A stretch of DNA of 64,000 bases, from positions 54,126,001-54,190,000 of the forward strand of contig OX597815.1 of NCBI GenBank assembly GCA_951406725.2. The letters are read 5' to 3'. The notes below the pieces were generated by a model that saw nothing but the letters and a program-made list of their open reading frames with translations, was not told the DNA's origin and did not search any database. The stretch is from Octopus vulgaris (Eukaryota). Each line of letters starts with the position of its first letter. Position 1 is the first letter of the stretch. A program made the position numbers and the translations under genes. Below are positions 40,876 through 54,318 of this stretch, one piece after another.

Positions 40876-40935
<60 letters not shown>

Positions 40936-40936
<1 letters not shown>

Positions 40937-41987
40937 GAGAGCAAAAAATTCGCTGCTGATCTCTTAGATACCCACCAGATTGATCAGGCTGAAGGAAATG
41001 CGCCAACTGTAGCTGCAAAGAAAATAAAATTAATTGCAAAGACAAAAGCACATGAAAATTTAGCTAGCAGATGGGAACAGAAACCTCTCCATGGCAAGTA
41101 TGTGGTCCGTAGCAAACAAGCTGATGTCGACCATAAAACACACGCACTAATGGTTACGAAGCTCTGGGCTAAAAGCAGTGAGTGAAGGTTTCATATTAGT
41201 TGCTCAAAACCAAAGCTTATTAACCCGGAACTACCAAGCTGACCCAAAATGCCGATTCTGTACAATGAGATTGAAACAATAGACCACCTAATCTCAGGGT
41301 GTAGAGTCTTAGCACCTGCAGAATATAAAGCAAGACATGACAGAATCGGTCAGTATTTACATTGGACAATATGTCGGCATTATAAAATCAAAACCGCTGA
41401 CAAATGGTATAAACACCATCCTGAAGCTGTGACTGAGGGAGAAAATGTGTCGATTCTATAGGACTTCCCCGTACAGACTGACAAGACTATAAAAGCTAAT
41501 AAATCGGATATTATTATAAAAGATCAGACAAAAAAGATGTGTTTATTAATTGACATGAGTATTCCTTGCGATCACAATATAAGCGGCTAAAGAATTTGAC
41601 GAGATTAGTAAATATAAAGATTTGCTAATAGAAATTGAAAAAAATGTGGCATCTCAAGGCGACTTCAGTACCGGTGATTGTAAGATCTCTAGGAATGATA
41701 AAAAAAGGTACTGAAACCTATTTGAAAATGATTCCAGGCTTACCATCCCTACAAGACGTGCAAAAAAATCGTATTAACTGGAACGGCTCATGTACTGAGA
41801 AGAGCATTATCGCTGTGAAAACAACATCCATCCATGAATTTATTTGTTTACTAACTTTTAGATACATATTTTAACTGTGAATTTGCGCGTGTAATCTGGG
41901 AATGCATACAATGAGCTTCTCTGCCCTACGTGTATGGAAAACACTCGGCAAGAAACGGAAGAAAATTTGAAGAAAGAAGGAAAAAAC
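40936..41987 (+). mobile_element. 5'-truncated R4/Dong copy related to 20571-24382, also in (TAA)n
   Basis: RWEQKPLHGKYV, ETIDHLISGCRVLAPAEYKARHDRIGQYLHW, DFPVQTDKTIKANKSDIII, same 3' UTR; (TAA)n at 40876-40935 and 41989-42000. Confidence 0.93.
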
Positions 41988-41988
41988 A

Positions 41989-42062
41989 TAATAATAATAA
42001 TTATTATTATTATAATATCGTTATTGTTATTATTATCATTATTATCATTGTAATTGTTATTA

Positions 42063-42129
<67 letters not shown>

Positions 42130-42130
42130 C
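41989..42130. repeat. (TAA)n switching to imperfect (TTA)n
   Basis: Seen directly; strand switch at 42000/42001. Confidence 0.9.
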
Positions 42131-42329
42131 TATTGTCATTAGCCACGCTCGATCTAAGTATAAAGATTGTAAGTGAAACCACGGATAGCTTTTGAGCCCG
42201 ATTTTGAAATTTGTACTAAGGTGGAAAGTAATTTTGTTTTCTACTGGTAGGTAAATTTCTTTTCATGTGTTGTTCCCCTGTTCTTTGCAACATCTCGATT
42301 TAATTTTGTGTTGTGAAATATTTCTATTT

Positions 42330-43455
42330 TTCCGTTCATGGAGAGAATTTCAATTGACGCAGTGACGATCGTAAATGAGAAGGAGGGTTTCCATATCGTA
42401 TCTAGATATAGTATTTGTTAGGTCAGCGGATAGGGATAGAATAGGTTGCTCACAATTCAAATTGGTCGGCTACATAGGCCACAAATATTTGTGACCCATA
42501 CAGTCGATTTAGAAAGGATCAGTAGATCAGGACGCGATTGCAGGAAGTTGAAAGCGTCCTTACCGGTACACAAAGACTACAAGGACCGGATTAGTGAACT
42601 AGGCAATTGGAAGTTGACGGAAACACTCGCAAACAATCGGTGGTGGATTGCCCTGAAGAGGACGATTAAAGTAGAATCGATAGCGTTGAGCAAAGAAAAA
42701 TATTAGAAAGAAAAATATAACTAGAAGAGGTGGTTAGTAATGGCACTTCGGGTGACGTATTAGCTATGCCCCGTGCGCTCAAACGTCCGATGGGCCCAAA
42801 ATGTGAAAACGCGATGTGGCAACAAAACCACGATCAGGCCTTTCACAGAGTGGGGCAGGATAATGATATTTGGTTCTGAGCAGATGTGTGCGACATTCTA
42901 ACAGCTCTTCGTGCGGCTGTTTGAAGAAGACGATAGGTCGATGACGGTAGCAGACATTCATTTATACCTGGACGACTTGCCGCGGCTCTCAGTAGCAAAC
43001 GCGAGTTTCTGTGGAAAGTCAATAACGGCCGCTGAAATACGGAAGGCGATGGACTGATTGCACAAGTCACAAACAGTCTTCCTATGAGTTCATGCCAGCG
43101 GAATCTTTGGCGGAATCTTGACAGGCGTCTACCTTAACTGTCTACAGAACGGGAGAATTCCTAATCTCTTAGCCGGTGTGGTAACTCTAAGGAAGGACGC
43201 CAACAATGGGAAAATGTTAGGCAATTTTCGACTCAAAACTCTGCTAAACACAGAGTTTAAGAATTTGACCATGGTGTTAGTGCAATCTTGTCGGAAAAGT
43301 ACAAACGGGTTCATTTCCGAACATGACCAAACACAACAACCTCCACTTTATGCGATACATCATAGAGAGGACTGGGACTAAAGCTGACTTTGGAGGGGCT
43401 CTGGCCAATTTGGATCAATCCAAAGCATCCGCCAAAGTCAACCATCGCTACTTTA
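42330..43455 (+). mobile_element. Decayed L1/Tx1-like LINE ORF2 fragment (linker to start of RT)
   Basis: TVDLERISRSGRDCRKLKASL, NRWWIALKRTIKVESI, GNFRLKTLLNTEFKNL, ALANLDQSKASAKVNHRY (cf. LDQEKAFDRV). Confidence 0.8.
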
Positions 43456-43614
43456 AAGAAATGCAAGAAGTGCAAATGATTGTTTTAACTGGTCACACTT
43501 ATTGAGAAGAGCATTGTCGCTGTGAGAATGATTATCCTCATTGTAGGTAAACTTTTTCTACATAACTGAATTTGGTTTTCTAAATGAATTTGGTTTGCTT
43601 ATTTAAATGGCCTA

Positions 43615-44905
43615 CGAGGGGCGTTCAATAAGTAATGCCCCTGACCCACTTCCCATAGCAGTAGAGCAACGAAACTTGGAACAGTTATTAGTCTTTTTTT
43701 ACATAGAAACCACCCAGAGTTACGCATTTCTCCCATCGTTTGATGCAGCTCTGAAGACCGTTTTTGTAGAAGACCCCAGCTTGGTCCTCCAACCACGACG
43801 TGACTTCAGAAATCAAGGCTGCATCATCTGGGAAACGCTTTCCTTTCAAAAACAACTTCATGGCTGGAAGAGGTGAAAATCAGAGGGTGCAAGGTCAGGA
43901 GAGTAGGGGGGATGGAGGATGAGTTCATAGCCGCACACCTGTGCTTCTGATCTGGCGACACGCGAGTTGTTGATCGGAGCGTTGTCCTGCAGGAGGAGAA
44001 TGCCTTTGCTGATCTTGCCCCGCCTCTTGATTTTGATAGCTTCTCTTAATTTCCTCAAAAGTGAAGCATAATAGACTCCTGTAATTGTGGCACCCTTTGC
44101 CAGGAAATCTGTCTTCACTACACCGTCCTGGTCCCAGAAGACTGTAAGCATGACCTTGCCAGCGGAGGGCTGCACCCTTGCCTTCTTTGGAGGAGGGGAG
44201 TCACGGTGCTTCCACTGCATTGACTGGGCTTTGGTCTCTGGATCATAGAGATGGACCTAGGTTTTATCCTATGCAATCAGTCTTTTGAAAATTTTTGACT
44301 CATCTTCTTGGCACATCTCCAAATTCATCCTCGAGCAATCGACGCGTTCTTGCTTCTGGAAAGGTGTGAGCAACCTGGGAATCCATCTGGCAGACACCTT
44401 TTGCATATGCAAATGGTCATGAATGATAGTTTTCACATACCCGGTACTAACCTTGACCTCATGGGCTATTTGGCGAATAGTTATGCGTCGATCTTCCAAA
44501 ATGGCAGCCTCAACTTGACAGACAGATGCCTCATCAATGGCAGAAGGGGGCGACCAGATCTGGGAGCTGTTTCCACAGAGTTTCGACCATGTTTGAATTC
44601 ACGATGCCAGCGTTTTACAAGGTCATATGATGGGGCATCATCACCATAAGTTACTTTCATTTCATCAAAAGTCTCTCGTGGTGTGCGTCCTTTCAAATAC
44701 AAAAACCGGATCACTGCTCGACACTCAACATGCTCCATTTCACACTTGACTCAGTTCAAACAGCTGTAAATCGGAAACCACAATTAGTTCAGAGCTGTAA
44801 TTTGCCACTTAATCTATAGAGATATAAATAATTGCACATGCAAAATTTCAGCTAGATCAAACAACTGCAAGTGGGTCAGAGGCATTACTTATTGAACGCC
44901 CCTCG
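43615..44905 (-). mobile_element. Full-length mariner (DD34D-type) element, 1291 bp, TA target duplication
   Basis: 37-bp TIRs cgaggggcgttcaataagtaatgcc(c/t)ctgacccactt with 1 mismatch; TA at 43613-4 and 44906-7. Confidence 0.96.
43688..44738 (-). pseudogene. Mariner transposase, disrupted
   Basis: MEHVECRAVIRFL, ARWIPRLLT, YDPET, AGKVMLTVFWD, QDNAP, HPPYSPDLAPSDFHLF; frameshifts and stops. Confidence 0.93.
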
Positions 44906-45004
44906 TACAAGAGCATACAGTGAGTTTCTCAAGGTGTCGGGAAGACAGTTAGCAGGAAATGGAAACAAAATTAAAGGAAGAGGAAAAACTCATGATAACG
45001 ATAT

Positions 45005-45430
45005 TCTTTTCTACAATAGAGACAAGGCCTGAAATTTTAGGGGAGGTGGCAAGCCAATTCCATTGTCTCCAGAGAATAATTAGTATTTATTTCAACAACT
45101 CCAAAAGGATAAACGGCAAAGTTAACATCGGTAGAATTTGAGCTCAGAACATAAGGCAGGCGAAATGTCAATAAACATTTTATTTTGTGCGCTAACGAGT
45201 CTACCAGCTCATTACTTTAATGATAATCCTTTCTACTATAGGTACAACATCTGATAGTTCGGGGAACGCGGTCTCTTACATCGACTCCAGTATTCAATTG
45301 GTACTTAATTTATCGATCCCCAAAAGGATAAAAGGCAAAGTGGACCTCGATAGAATCTGAACTCAGAACGCACAGACGGATGAAAGGCCACTAAGCATTT
45401 TGTCTGGCGTGCTAATGGTTCTGCCAGCTA
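45005..45430 (-). mobile_element. Two tandem SINE family B copies (approx. 45005-45215 and 45226-45430)
   Basis: Each contains aaaaggataaa.ggcaaagt...agaat.tga.ctcagaac. Confidence 0.8.
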
Positions 45431-47965
45431 GCAAAATTATAATAATTTCTTCATTAATTTTCATTCTATTTTTACTCAAACGTTACATATAGGATTTACA
45501 TAGTGAATGTGATGGACAAAATTATATTAAAAAAAAGAAGAGGGAACATATTTATGAATTTATAGAAATAAAAGATTTAAATAAATAAATTATTGTATTA
45601 AGAAACAATAATTAAAAACAGATCGAAAGCTTTGGAGCAGGAGCATGGGGAAATGTGAGAGGAAGAACAAAAGGCGAGAAAATAAAATAAGCAGGAGGAG
45701 GGCGTAAAAGATAATATAATGATACAAAGAGAAGAAATAAAACAGAAAGCCGTTTAAGTGAATAGCAGGAAAAAGACAGTGGAACCTTCCCATATATTGA
45801 ATAATAAACGATTAATTCGATTTTGATGAAAAAAATATATATTCTTTGTTCAACAAGTGGGAGAAAATAAAAATAAATTAAATTTAAAATAATGGGTTGT
45901 TTTAATAGATAAAAAGAAGGAGATTCATTATTAAATTCTGTTATTATTGTAATAATAAACAATATTATTGTTTAATGTTTTAACAATTTATTTGTTTCAG
46001 TCAACCAGATTAGAAATAGGGCTGACTAAAACAAATAAGGATTGTAATGACAACAAAATATCGTAAAATATCGTAACACAGTAATAATTGCATGATTCAA
46101 TGATCACGAGTAAATTCTAATATATATCATATTATTGTATACTAACCATCAATACTTTCCGCCATCTACCTCCTATGAACCTCTAGCTTTCTTAGTTCCA
46201 TACCATGTGATCGTCTATATATTTCTCATACATCACAGAATATCGTCGTATTTTGATACATTTGTTTTTCATTTACTATCAATATGGATTTATCTTCTTA
46301 TATTTTTCTCCCTTCTTTCACTTTTAGCACATTTTTTATATCAATTTCGTCTTGGAGAAATGGCTATTGTTTGACCTTCGCAAGCATTCCGAGACTGATA
46401 TTTATTCCGTTAATGTTATGCTTAGTCTACAGCAATTCATCAATTGCAAGAAGAATAAATGAAAGAAAAAATATTTGAGACAGCCTACGCTCTAAAGAAA
46501 ACAGTCTGTAATGTACACATTAGAGTTGGTGAGAGAAGGGACGCTTAGATAGTGATGCAAATGTGGAGGTATTCTTAGTGGTAGTACTAATCACAGAACA
46601 ATTTTGTTTGAAAAGTAGAGAAAAGGATGAGGCTAAGAAGTTGACTAAAATTTTCGCAAACGATGGATTCTGAGCAGTTCCCATGATTATCTTAAGGAGT
46701 TGTGAAACAGTTTTAAAATCATCCATTTGTAACGATAGATGGTTTTTCCAACACTCCTACACTGACTTTTGTCAGAACATCTGATTACAGATACGAGTAA
46801 ATTGCTTGGGAAACATAGATTAACGAGATTTTGCTGTTTGAGGAATAGTGAAGTAGTATTAGCTACCCATTTATGCGTTTAATTCTGAGGGCTCAATAAA
46901 ACCAGGCATTTCTGGTGATTATCTGGTAAAGATTGCTTTTGGATGGGTATATGGTGCGTCTATGTATTATTTTACTAATTTTCTCCATTACTGGCCCTTC
47001 TTCTCCAGCTTTGTTTATGTTTTCTAAAACGCATTATTTATCGTCTCTTTTTATTCAATGACTTTTTCTATCTGTTAAGGTAAACATCTTTCTATAATAT
47101 TTCTACAATAACTTATGATACAAATGCAACTTTGAAATCCTCCACTCCAAAGATCGAAAATTAACGAAACATACAGCTAAATTCTACATTTAGATTTATT
47201 TTTACAGATGGCTGAAGGGAGTCAAGTTACATTTGAAAAAAAATTAAAAAATAAAACCAGGAAATAGATTTCGAATTTAATTTCCGCTGAAGCATATTTT
47301 CTAACTAATTGATGGTTTCAGTTTATTTGCTTTAAACGACTCATTATCTGAAATATTAAATTCCACTTTTAGAATACGAAAAGGAATTTTGGAGAAAGAA
47401 GATTACTCTATATAATCGACCACGTTCCTGAACTGGTATGTATTTTATCGATCCTTGATAATGGAAAGGCAAAGTAAATAATCGATAGTGTGTGAATTCA
47501 GAAAAAAAGGCAATTATTCCTAAACTGTATTGTTTCTGATATTTTAGGCTGCCCTTTATCTGAAATGCAGGTATCTATCAATACCACAAAGCCACTGAGA
47601 TTTTAAATATATGTATACCTACTGTACATATTCTATTGCCGTCAAAGAAATAACAACAAGAGTTGATATTGATAGGATTTGAAGTCAGAACATGAAAAGA
47701 ATTCTATCTATATACAGAATTTTGCTATTCTCAATTGCCCTTTATTTCAAATATTGCCACTGCCTATTTAAATTCTAAGTTACTTACGATAAGGATAAAT
47801 GCTTTAGAAATAGCTCCAGTTTGAAATGTCAATATGCCAATATTGAATTTATTTTTACTCATCATTTAAAGTGTTAGCATTGCCAAATATAACATGGCGA
47901 TTTCGAATCATTGGTTTTAAAATAATGAACACAAACACCAGACAAATGTAGATATACATGCATAA

Positions 47966-48018
<53 letters not shown>

Positions 48019-48679
48019 GTTCATACTCATACACACATATATATGTTAGCTACTAGATCAAGTTCGTTTGAGAATTTGACCCTAATGAAGTGCAAAGGGT
48101 ATACCATATCCATAGTTCTTGATTTCAAACGTTAGCATGTTATCCATTGAATCTATGAGTAATTTCAGCCTTCTTTTCTAAATAGTTTTTTCTCCTTTTT
48201 TTGAGAGAGTATGAAAGACAAAAATTATGTCAAAACGCTACCCTATGCAAACATCTTTTTGAGAAAAGTAAACTAAATGGCCTGGAAGCATCCTCTCACA
48301 ACAGTATCACCTCATCCACTAATGAAGATGAGCACTTGTTAGGGACCAAACAAATTCGGCAGATATTTTCGAAAATATGAACAAAGATATACTGATAGAA
48401 TAAGCACCAGGCTTTAAGAAATAAATACTAGGGTCGATTCGTTTGACTAAACCTTCTCAAGCTGATCCCAGACTAACGACTAAAAAAAGTAAAAGATAAC
48501 AGATAAAACAATCGAAATACAGCAATGGAAGCTTGTGGAGGTTCACATATTCAGTGCAGAGGAGACGCTTTACGGTGACGATTCAGTGTTTTAAGAAAGT
48601 GGTACTTAGTTGAGTACCGGGGTCGATGCAATCGACTCCCCACCCAATATTCAGGCCTTGTGCGTTTAGTTGAAAGGCT

Positions 48680-48730
48680 TATTATTATTATTATTATCAT
48701 TATTATTACTATTATTATTATTAGTAGTAT

Positions 48731-48795
<65 letters not shown>

Positions 48796-49044
48796 AGACA
48801 GTGAGCTGGCAGTGTCGTTAACACGCTGGACGAAATGCTTAGCGGTATTTCACCAATCCCTACGTTGTGAGTTCAAATTCCACCGAGGTCAACTTTGCTT
48901 TTTATCCATTCTTGGTCGATAAATTAAGTACCTGTAAACTTCTGAGGTCGATGTAATCGAGTAGTACCCTCCCAAACAATTTCAAGCCTTGTGCCTACAG
49001 TAGGTATTATTATTATTATTATTAGTAGTAGTAGTAGTAGAAGA

Positions 49045-49088
<44 letters not shown>

Positions 49089-49203
49089 CAGCAGCAGCAG
49101 CAGCAGTAGCAGCAGAAGCTGCAGTAGTAGTAGTAGTAGGAGCTGCAGGAGTAGTAGTAGTAGCAGCAGCAGCTGCAGTAGTTGTTGTAGTAGCAGCAGT
49201 AGC

Positions 49204-49237
<34 letters not shown>

Positions 49238-49250
49238 TCATCATTATTAT
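48680..49250 (+). repeat. (TTA)n/(TAG)n/(CAG)n compound microsatellites enclosing a SINE B copy (48795-49003)
   Basis: Seen directly; the SINE ends ...ggtattattattattatt. Confidence 0.9.
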
Positions 49251-50539
49251 CATTTTCTGATGATATTGATAATGATAACAGATGGTTAATAGATTTACTA
49301 TAGTAGCAAAAAACATATTTCAGACAATATTGTACGTGTATGTTTGTTTGATTCTAAACTATTTGATAAGAATATTATTCTGATTCATAACAAAGATTAG
49401 ATAATAATAAAACAAAGAAGGATTGTGTTGTACTTGCAGATAACTTATGGTTAATATTTTTAGAACTATCACAACACAAGCGATATTTGAGTGTATACTT
49501 ACGCTTACATACATACATTCGTACACACACCCACACTGCTCATATATTTATATATATATATATATATATACATACACATACGCACACACACACGCACACA
49601 CACGCACGCACACGCACGCACACACGTACACACGCGCACACATACACACACACAAACATTTGGAGAAAGTTGGGATGACAAGAGAAAGTGGAGGATAAAA
49701 TTATATACATCGAGACAGGAAAGCATGAAAACCGAAAACACTTGGTGTTTTTTTTTAATTCTTTGTTGGTGTGAGAAATATTATCAGGTAAACTTATAGT
49801 CTTTAAGATAGAATTATATGATTGTCTACAAACGAGGCAATGCAATGAAAATACACATTCCATCATTTATTTAGTTGGTTTGTCATTCACTTCGTCTATT
49901 ACTCATACTATTATTCATCTAAGTCTTTTGTTTATTTATTATTCGTTCTTTCAGCTATCATTTTGTATACTGGTCTATGTGCCTTATTGCTATTATCACA
50001 TTGTTATCTACTTCAGCTTTAGATATTATATTGTCATGTCTGTTATTGTCAAATAGAATAACTAACTGATAGATAATAATTGATTTATAGGGTATTTATA
50101 TTACTTTTTTAGCCTATTTGTAATATGAATTGAAATGAAATGATTCTAACGGAGATCAGAACCGAGTTTCGAATTGCTTGATTCGAGTATATTCATTATC
50201 TGTGCTGTTTGCCTCATATATATAGTACTCGTCAAACAAAGTAAGATATAACATGACATTTTCGAATATCAAAACTAAAAAACAGTGAAAAGTTTATGTA
50301 CATGAATATTTTGATGCACGACTGTTCAAAGAAGCAATTTCAATATATCATACTGTCATTTTATTTTCTGTTTAACCGTGCACTAAACAAATAGTTTTAT
50401 TTTTTCTGCAAGTTCATTGAAAGCAATACAATATATATATACAAACTACACCATCTTATATATGTGTATAAATATACGCCATCAAATCATTGGGACTCAA
50501 GGAATTAACGTTTGAAAACAGATAATACCTCGAAATATA

Positions 50540-51250
50540 CAATACCGTACAAAAGTTTTCGACCAATTTAAATAATTGTAAATTTTTACTAACTGCCAAC
50601 TCATACATGGATGTTTCGCATTGCGTATTTTACAGATAAAACAGTGACCCTGTTGGAGTCATTTCTATACATAATCCTTATATTCTGTAGTAGGGTTTCT
50701 GAATGGAAGGGGAGATGCAAGACGACCACCAAAAATGGCTGTGCAAAAGTTTTCGACCACCTCACATAAGTAAGAGTCGAGATACAGTGTTTTAAAACAG
50801 AAAAAATGTCTATAATGAAAATTTATTACATAATGTTCATTGCAAGAAGTTACTATACTTTGCTAGTATTTCGTGTGGCTTCCCTTAGCTTGAATAATTG
50901 CTTCCATGTGCCTGGAAAGAGATGTGCACAAGTCCTTCACCATCTTATGAGATGTCATTCTGTGGCTGAGCTCCCACAACTCTTCAAGATTACGTGGATT
51001 CTTCTGCCGAACCCTTCTCTTTAGTTCTGTCCACATTTGCTCAATGATATCTAAGCCAGGACTCTGAGCTTGCCAATATTTCAATACGGTAACACCTTCA
51101 TCAGCCAGACTCTGTTGTGTTGCATCAATCTGTGGCATGGAAATCTATCATGCCGAAAAATTTCACCTTCATCCAAATCTGGTATCAAATTGTCTTTCAA
51201 TAAACAGGATGTATTTGGCACTATTCAAGTTACCATCAATTTTAACCAAC
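50540..51250 (-). mobile_element. Tc1 (DD34E-type) element 3' half with IR/DR-type long terminal inverted repeat
   Basis: LVKIDGNLNSAKY, IFRHDRFPCH, WQAQSPGLDIIEQMW, AIIQAKGSHTKY*; terminus TA|CAATACCGTACAAAAGTTTTCGACCA with inner direct repeat gtgcaaaagttttcgacca at approx. 50741. Confidence 0.88.
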
Positions 51251-51407
51251 TTTCTTGAACCATCATTTTTATGTTTCTCCAAAGCTTCAGACTCTTACCC
51301 ACAATCTCTGCTGTTTTCGTAGTCTAACGTGGGTCGTTTCGCTTTCTGACAAGCAAGAATTTTTCAGAAGGCCTCCACGAAAGGATTGTAGGAAAGACAT
51401 GGTGAAT

Positions 51408-51445
<38 letters not shown>

Positions 51446-52034
51446 ATTTGTATGTATGTATGTATGTATGTATTATGTATGTATGTATGTATGTATGTAG
51501 GTAGGTAGGTAGCTATGGGCGAAGGCGCAGCTGTGTGGTACGATCTTTGCTTCCCAGTGAAATGGTTCCGGGTTCAGTTCCAATTTGGGAGCTTTCTGTG
51601 TGCAATCCCATGGTGATTTTGACCGAAGGGGTTCTTTGCTCTTTTTACCCTATATATATGTAGAATAATAGTTGGTGCAGCTACATTGTAACTATGCTGA
51701 GTCAACTTGAAGCAAAGATGATTGATTATTACTAAATATTGGTCGTTTTATGGACCCATTATTATAGAATTTCAAACACCTAGAAAATATGGATTGACAT
51801 ATTTTCAAAACATATTATACATGTAATTGAACACGCAGTCTGTTATCACACACAAACTGTAACTTATAGAATCCCAAATTATTTGGGCACACAAAGTAGT
51901 GTTTAAAAGTAGCAGGAAGATCAAATTCTGATTTTTCATCCTTACAAGAAAATGGCTCGTCTCAGTTAATACATTTTATGCAGTACATCATTGTTCCGAG
52001 TTTTAACCCCATCAAAGTTGAAATATCTTTAATA

Positions 52035-52495
52035 TTGGTTTCAAATTTTGGTAAAAGGCTATCAAGCTCCGGAGAAGGGGTAAGTCGATTAGATCTACCC
52101 AAGTGCTCAACTTGTACTTATTTTATCAAGTCCGGAAGAATGAAAGACCAAGTTGACATCGACGCAATTTGAACTCAGAACGTAAATCGGAAAAATTACC
52201 GCTTAAGATTTTACCCGTCGTGGCAACAATTCTGCCAGTTTGTCACCTTTAAAACATATTTAATATTAATAAAGTGCAGAAGTGAAGAAGAGAGCGAGCT
52301 GACAGAATTGTTAGTACGCTGGTCTAAATGCTTTGCGGCATTTCGTCAACCTTTACATTCTGAGTTCAAATTCCACCGAAGTTGACTTTCATATTCATCC
52401 TTTGATGTTGATAAAATAAGTACCTGTACTGGGGTCGATGTAAGCGACTGGCCCCACTCGCCAAAATTTCAGGCTTTGTGCCTATTGTAGAAAAG
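52035..52495. mobile_element. Divergent pair of SINE family B copies (minus approx. 52035-52250; plus approx. 52290-52495)
   Basis: Both match the family B body, in opposite orientations, about 40 bp apart. Confidence 0.8.
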
Positions 52496-53025
52496 AATAT
52501 GAATAAAATGAGGGTATCCCAAGCAGATATGAACTTCTTTGTTATTTAAACGAATCAAATTCAACACCGTGTCAAGTAAGTGATTCCCTCACGAGATAGT
52601 TTGCGAACTTCTTTTCCCAATTCCTCGGAAATGATATTGATTATTACAACATTCCACTTTAAATACCAATTTATTTTATCAAGCCAAAATATATTTATAC
52701 TACGTAAAGATTGTCCAATAAACTGCAAACATAAACAAAATATCTATTTTAGAACATTAAAACTTATTTCTATTTTTGTGGATCATTCAAAAATGTAACA
52801 CATATGTCAAATATAGACATACGTAGCAATTTGTTTTAACGTATTCATTGGCAGTAATATAACAATATAACAACCCGAGAGAAAAAGAGAGAAAAATATA
52901 GGACTAACCTGTACAGATTTAGAAATTAGCGTCGCTATAGTTGTTTCTGCTTTTATTACTATTGAAACGGTATATAAAGTTTGTACAAAATACTTGCCAA
53001 AACACACACACACATATATAAATAT

Positions 53026-53093
<68 letters not shown>

Positions 53094-53258
53094 ATGGTTG
53101 GATGAGTTCAATCTTCAAAATGACAAATTACCACACGATTCAGAGAATATGAATTTATGGGAATAAATGGGTCTTCATAACAACAAGAGCATTAAGAAGC
53201 AAACATAAAGTCATACAAATAAGAAATTGGTGCAATTTACATACACATTTACGCATGC

Positions 53259-53293
<35 letters not shown>

Positions 53294-53397
53294 GTGCACA
53301 TACACACATATACAGATATATGTCTGTGTGTGTTTGTGTGTGTGTGTGTGTGTATTATTATGCATAAATGTATATCAACATCTATCAGTATGTGCTC

Positions 53398-53781
53398 TGG
53401 CTGTGTGGTAAGTAACTTGCTTACCAACCACATGGTTCTGGGTTCAGTCCCACTGCGTGGCACCTTGGGCAAGTGTTTTCTACTATAGCCTTGTGAGTGG
53501 ATTTGGTAGACGGAAACTGGAAGTAGCCCGTTGTATATATGTATATATATGTGTATGTGTGTGTATATGTTTGTGTGTCTGTGTTTGTCCCCCCAACATT
53601 GCTTGACAACCGATGCTGGTGTGTTTATGTCCCGTGACTTAGCGGTTCGGCAAAAGAGACCGATAGAATGAGTACTAGGCTTACAAAGAATAAGTCCTGG
53701 GGCCGATTTGCTCGACTAAAGGCGGTGCTCCAGCATGGCCACAGTCATATGACTGAAACAAGTAAAAGGGTAAAAGAGTAA
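53398..53781 (+). mobile_element. SINE family A, near full length
   Basis: Matches 33325-33724 with a small internal deletion after ctatagcc. Confidence 0.93.
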
Positions 53782-54011
53782 GAGATATGTCAATGCGGAA
53801 GTGTCTGTATACGCCCTTGTGTGCATATGCACCTGTCTATGTGTGCATAGTTTTGTATTTGCGAGTATCTGAAAGAGCTTCTCGAGCTGTTTCTTGTATT
53901 AGTTTTAATATTGATTTAATTGTTTGGCACAAAGCCAGCAGATTCGTCTGAGGTGTGGATGGCGATAACATCGACCCCAGTGCTCAAACTTACTTATTGG
54001 TTGGCAAAAAA

Positions 54012-54318
54012 ATTCCTCATCCACCCTATTCTCCCGAACTTGCTACTTCAGACTACCATTTGCTTCGTAGTTTACAGAATCATTTGGGGGACATAACTTT
54101 CGCAAGCCAGGAGGAGGTCTAAACTGACATTTCACAGTTCTTCGCTTTGAAACCAAAAGAGTTTTACATTGATGGGATTAAGAAGCTTTCAAATAGATGG
54201 AAGGAAGTCATAGATAATCAGGGAAAGTACGTTGATGATTAAATTTCAATTAAATATAAAATTTGATCACTTGTTTTCTTTATTCAAAATTCGGACACAA
54301 CTTATGGGATGACCAGAT
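54012..54318 (+). mobile_element. Mariner 3' end fragment with probable right TIR
   Basis: PHPPYSPELATSDYHLLRSLQN...GIKKLSNRWKEVIDNQGKYVDD*; ends cggacacaacttatgggatgaccaga-TA. Confidence 0.88.

Larger units (their letters stand above)
43459..44992 (+). mobile_element. Short R4/Dong 3' end split by a mariner insertion (pieces 43459-43614 and 44906-44992)
   Basis: MQEVQMIVLTG..LRRALSL* then 3' UTR ...aatggccTA | TAcaag...gtcgggaagaca...gaaatggaa, collinear with 24140-24380. Confidence 0.85.

Noticed and set aside
48924-49316. Poly-Leu / poly-Ser / poly-Val ORFs
   Set aside because: Trinucleotide microsatellite translations
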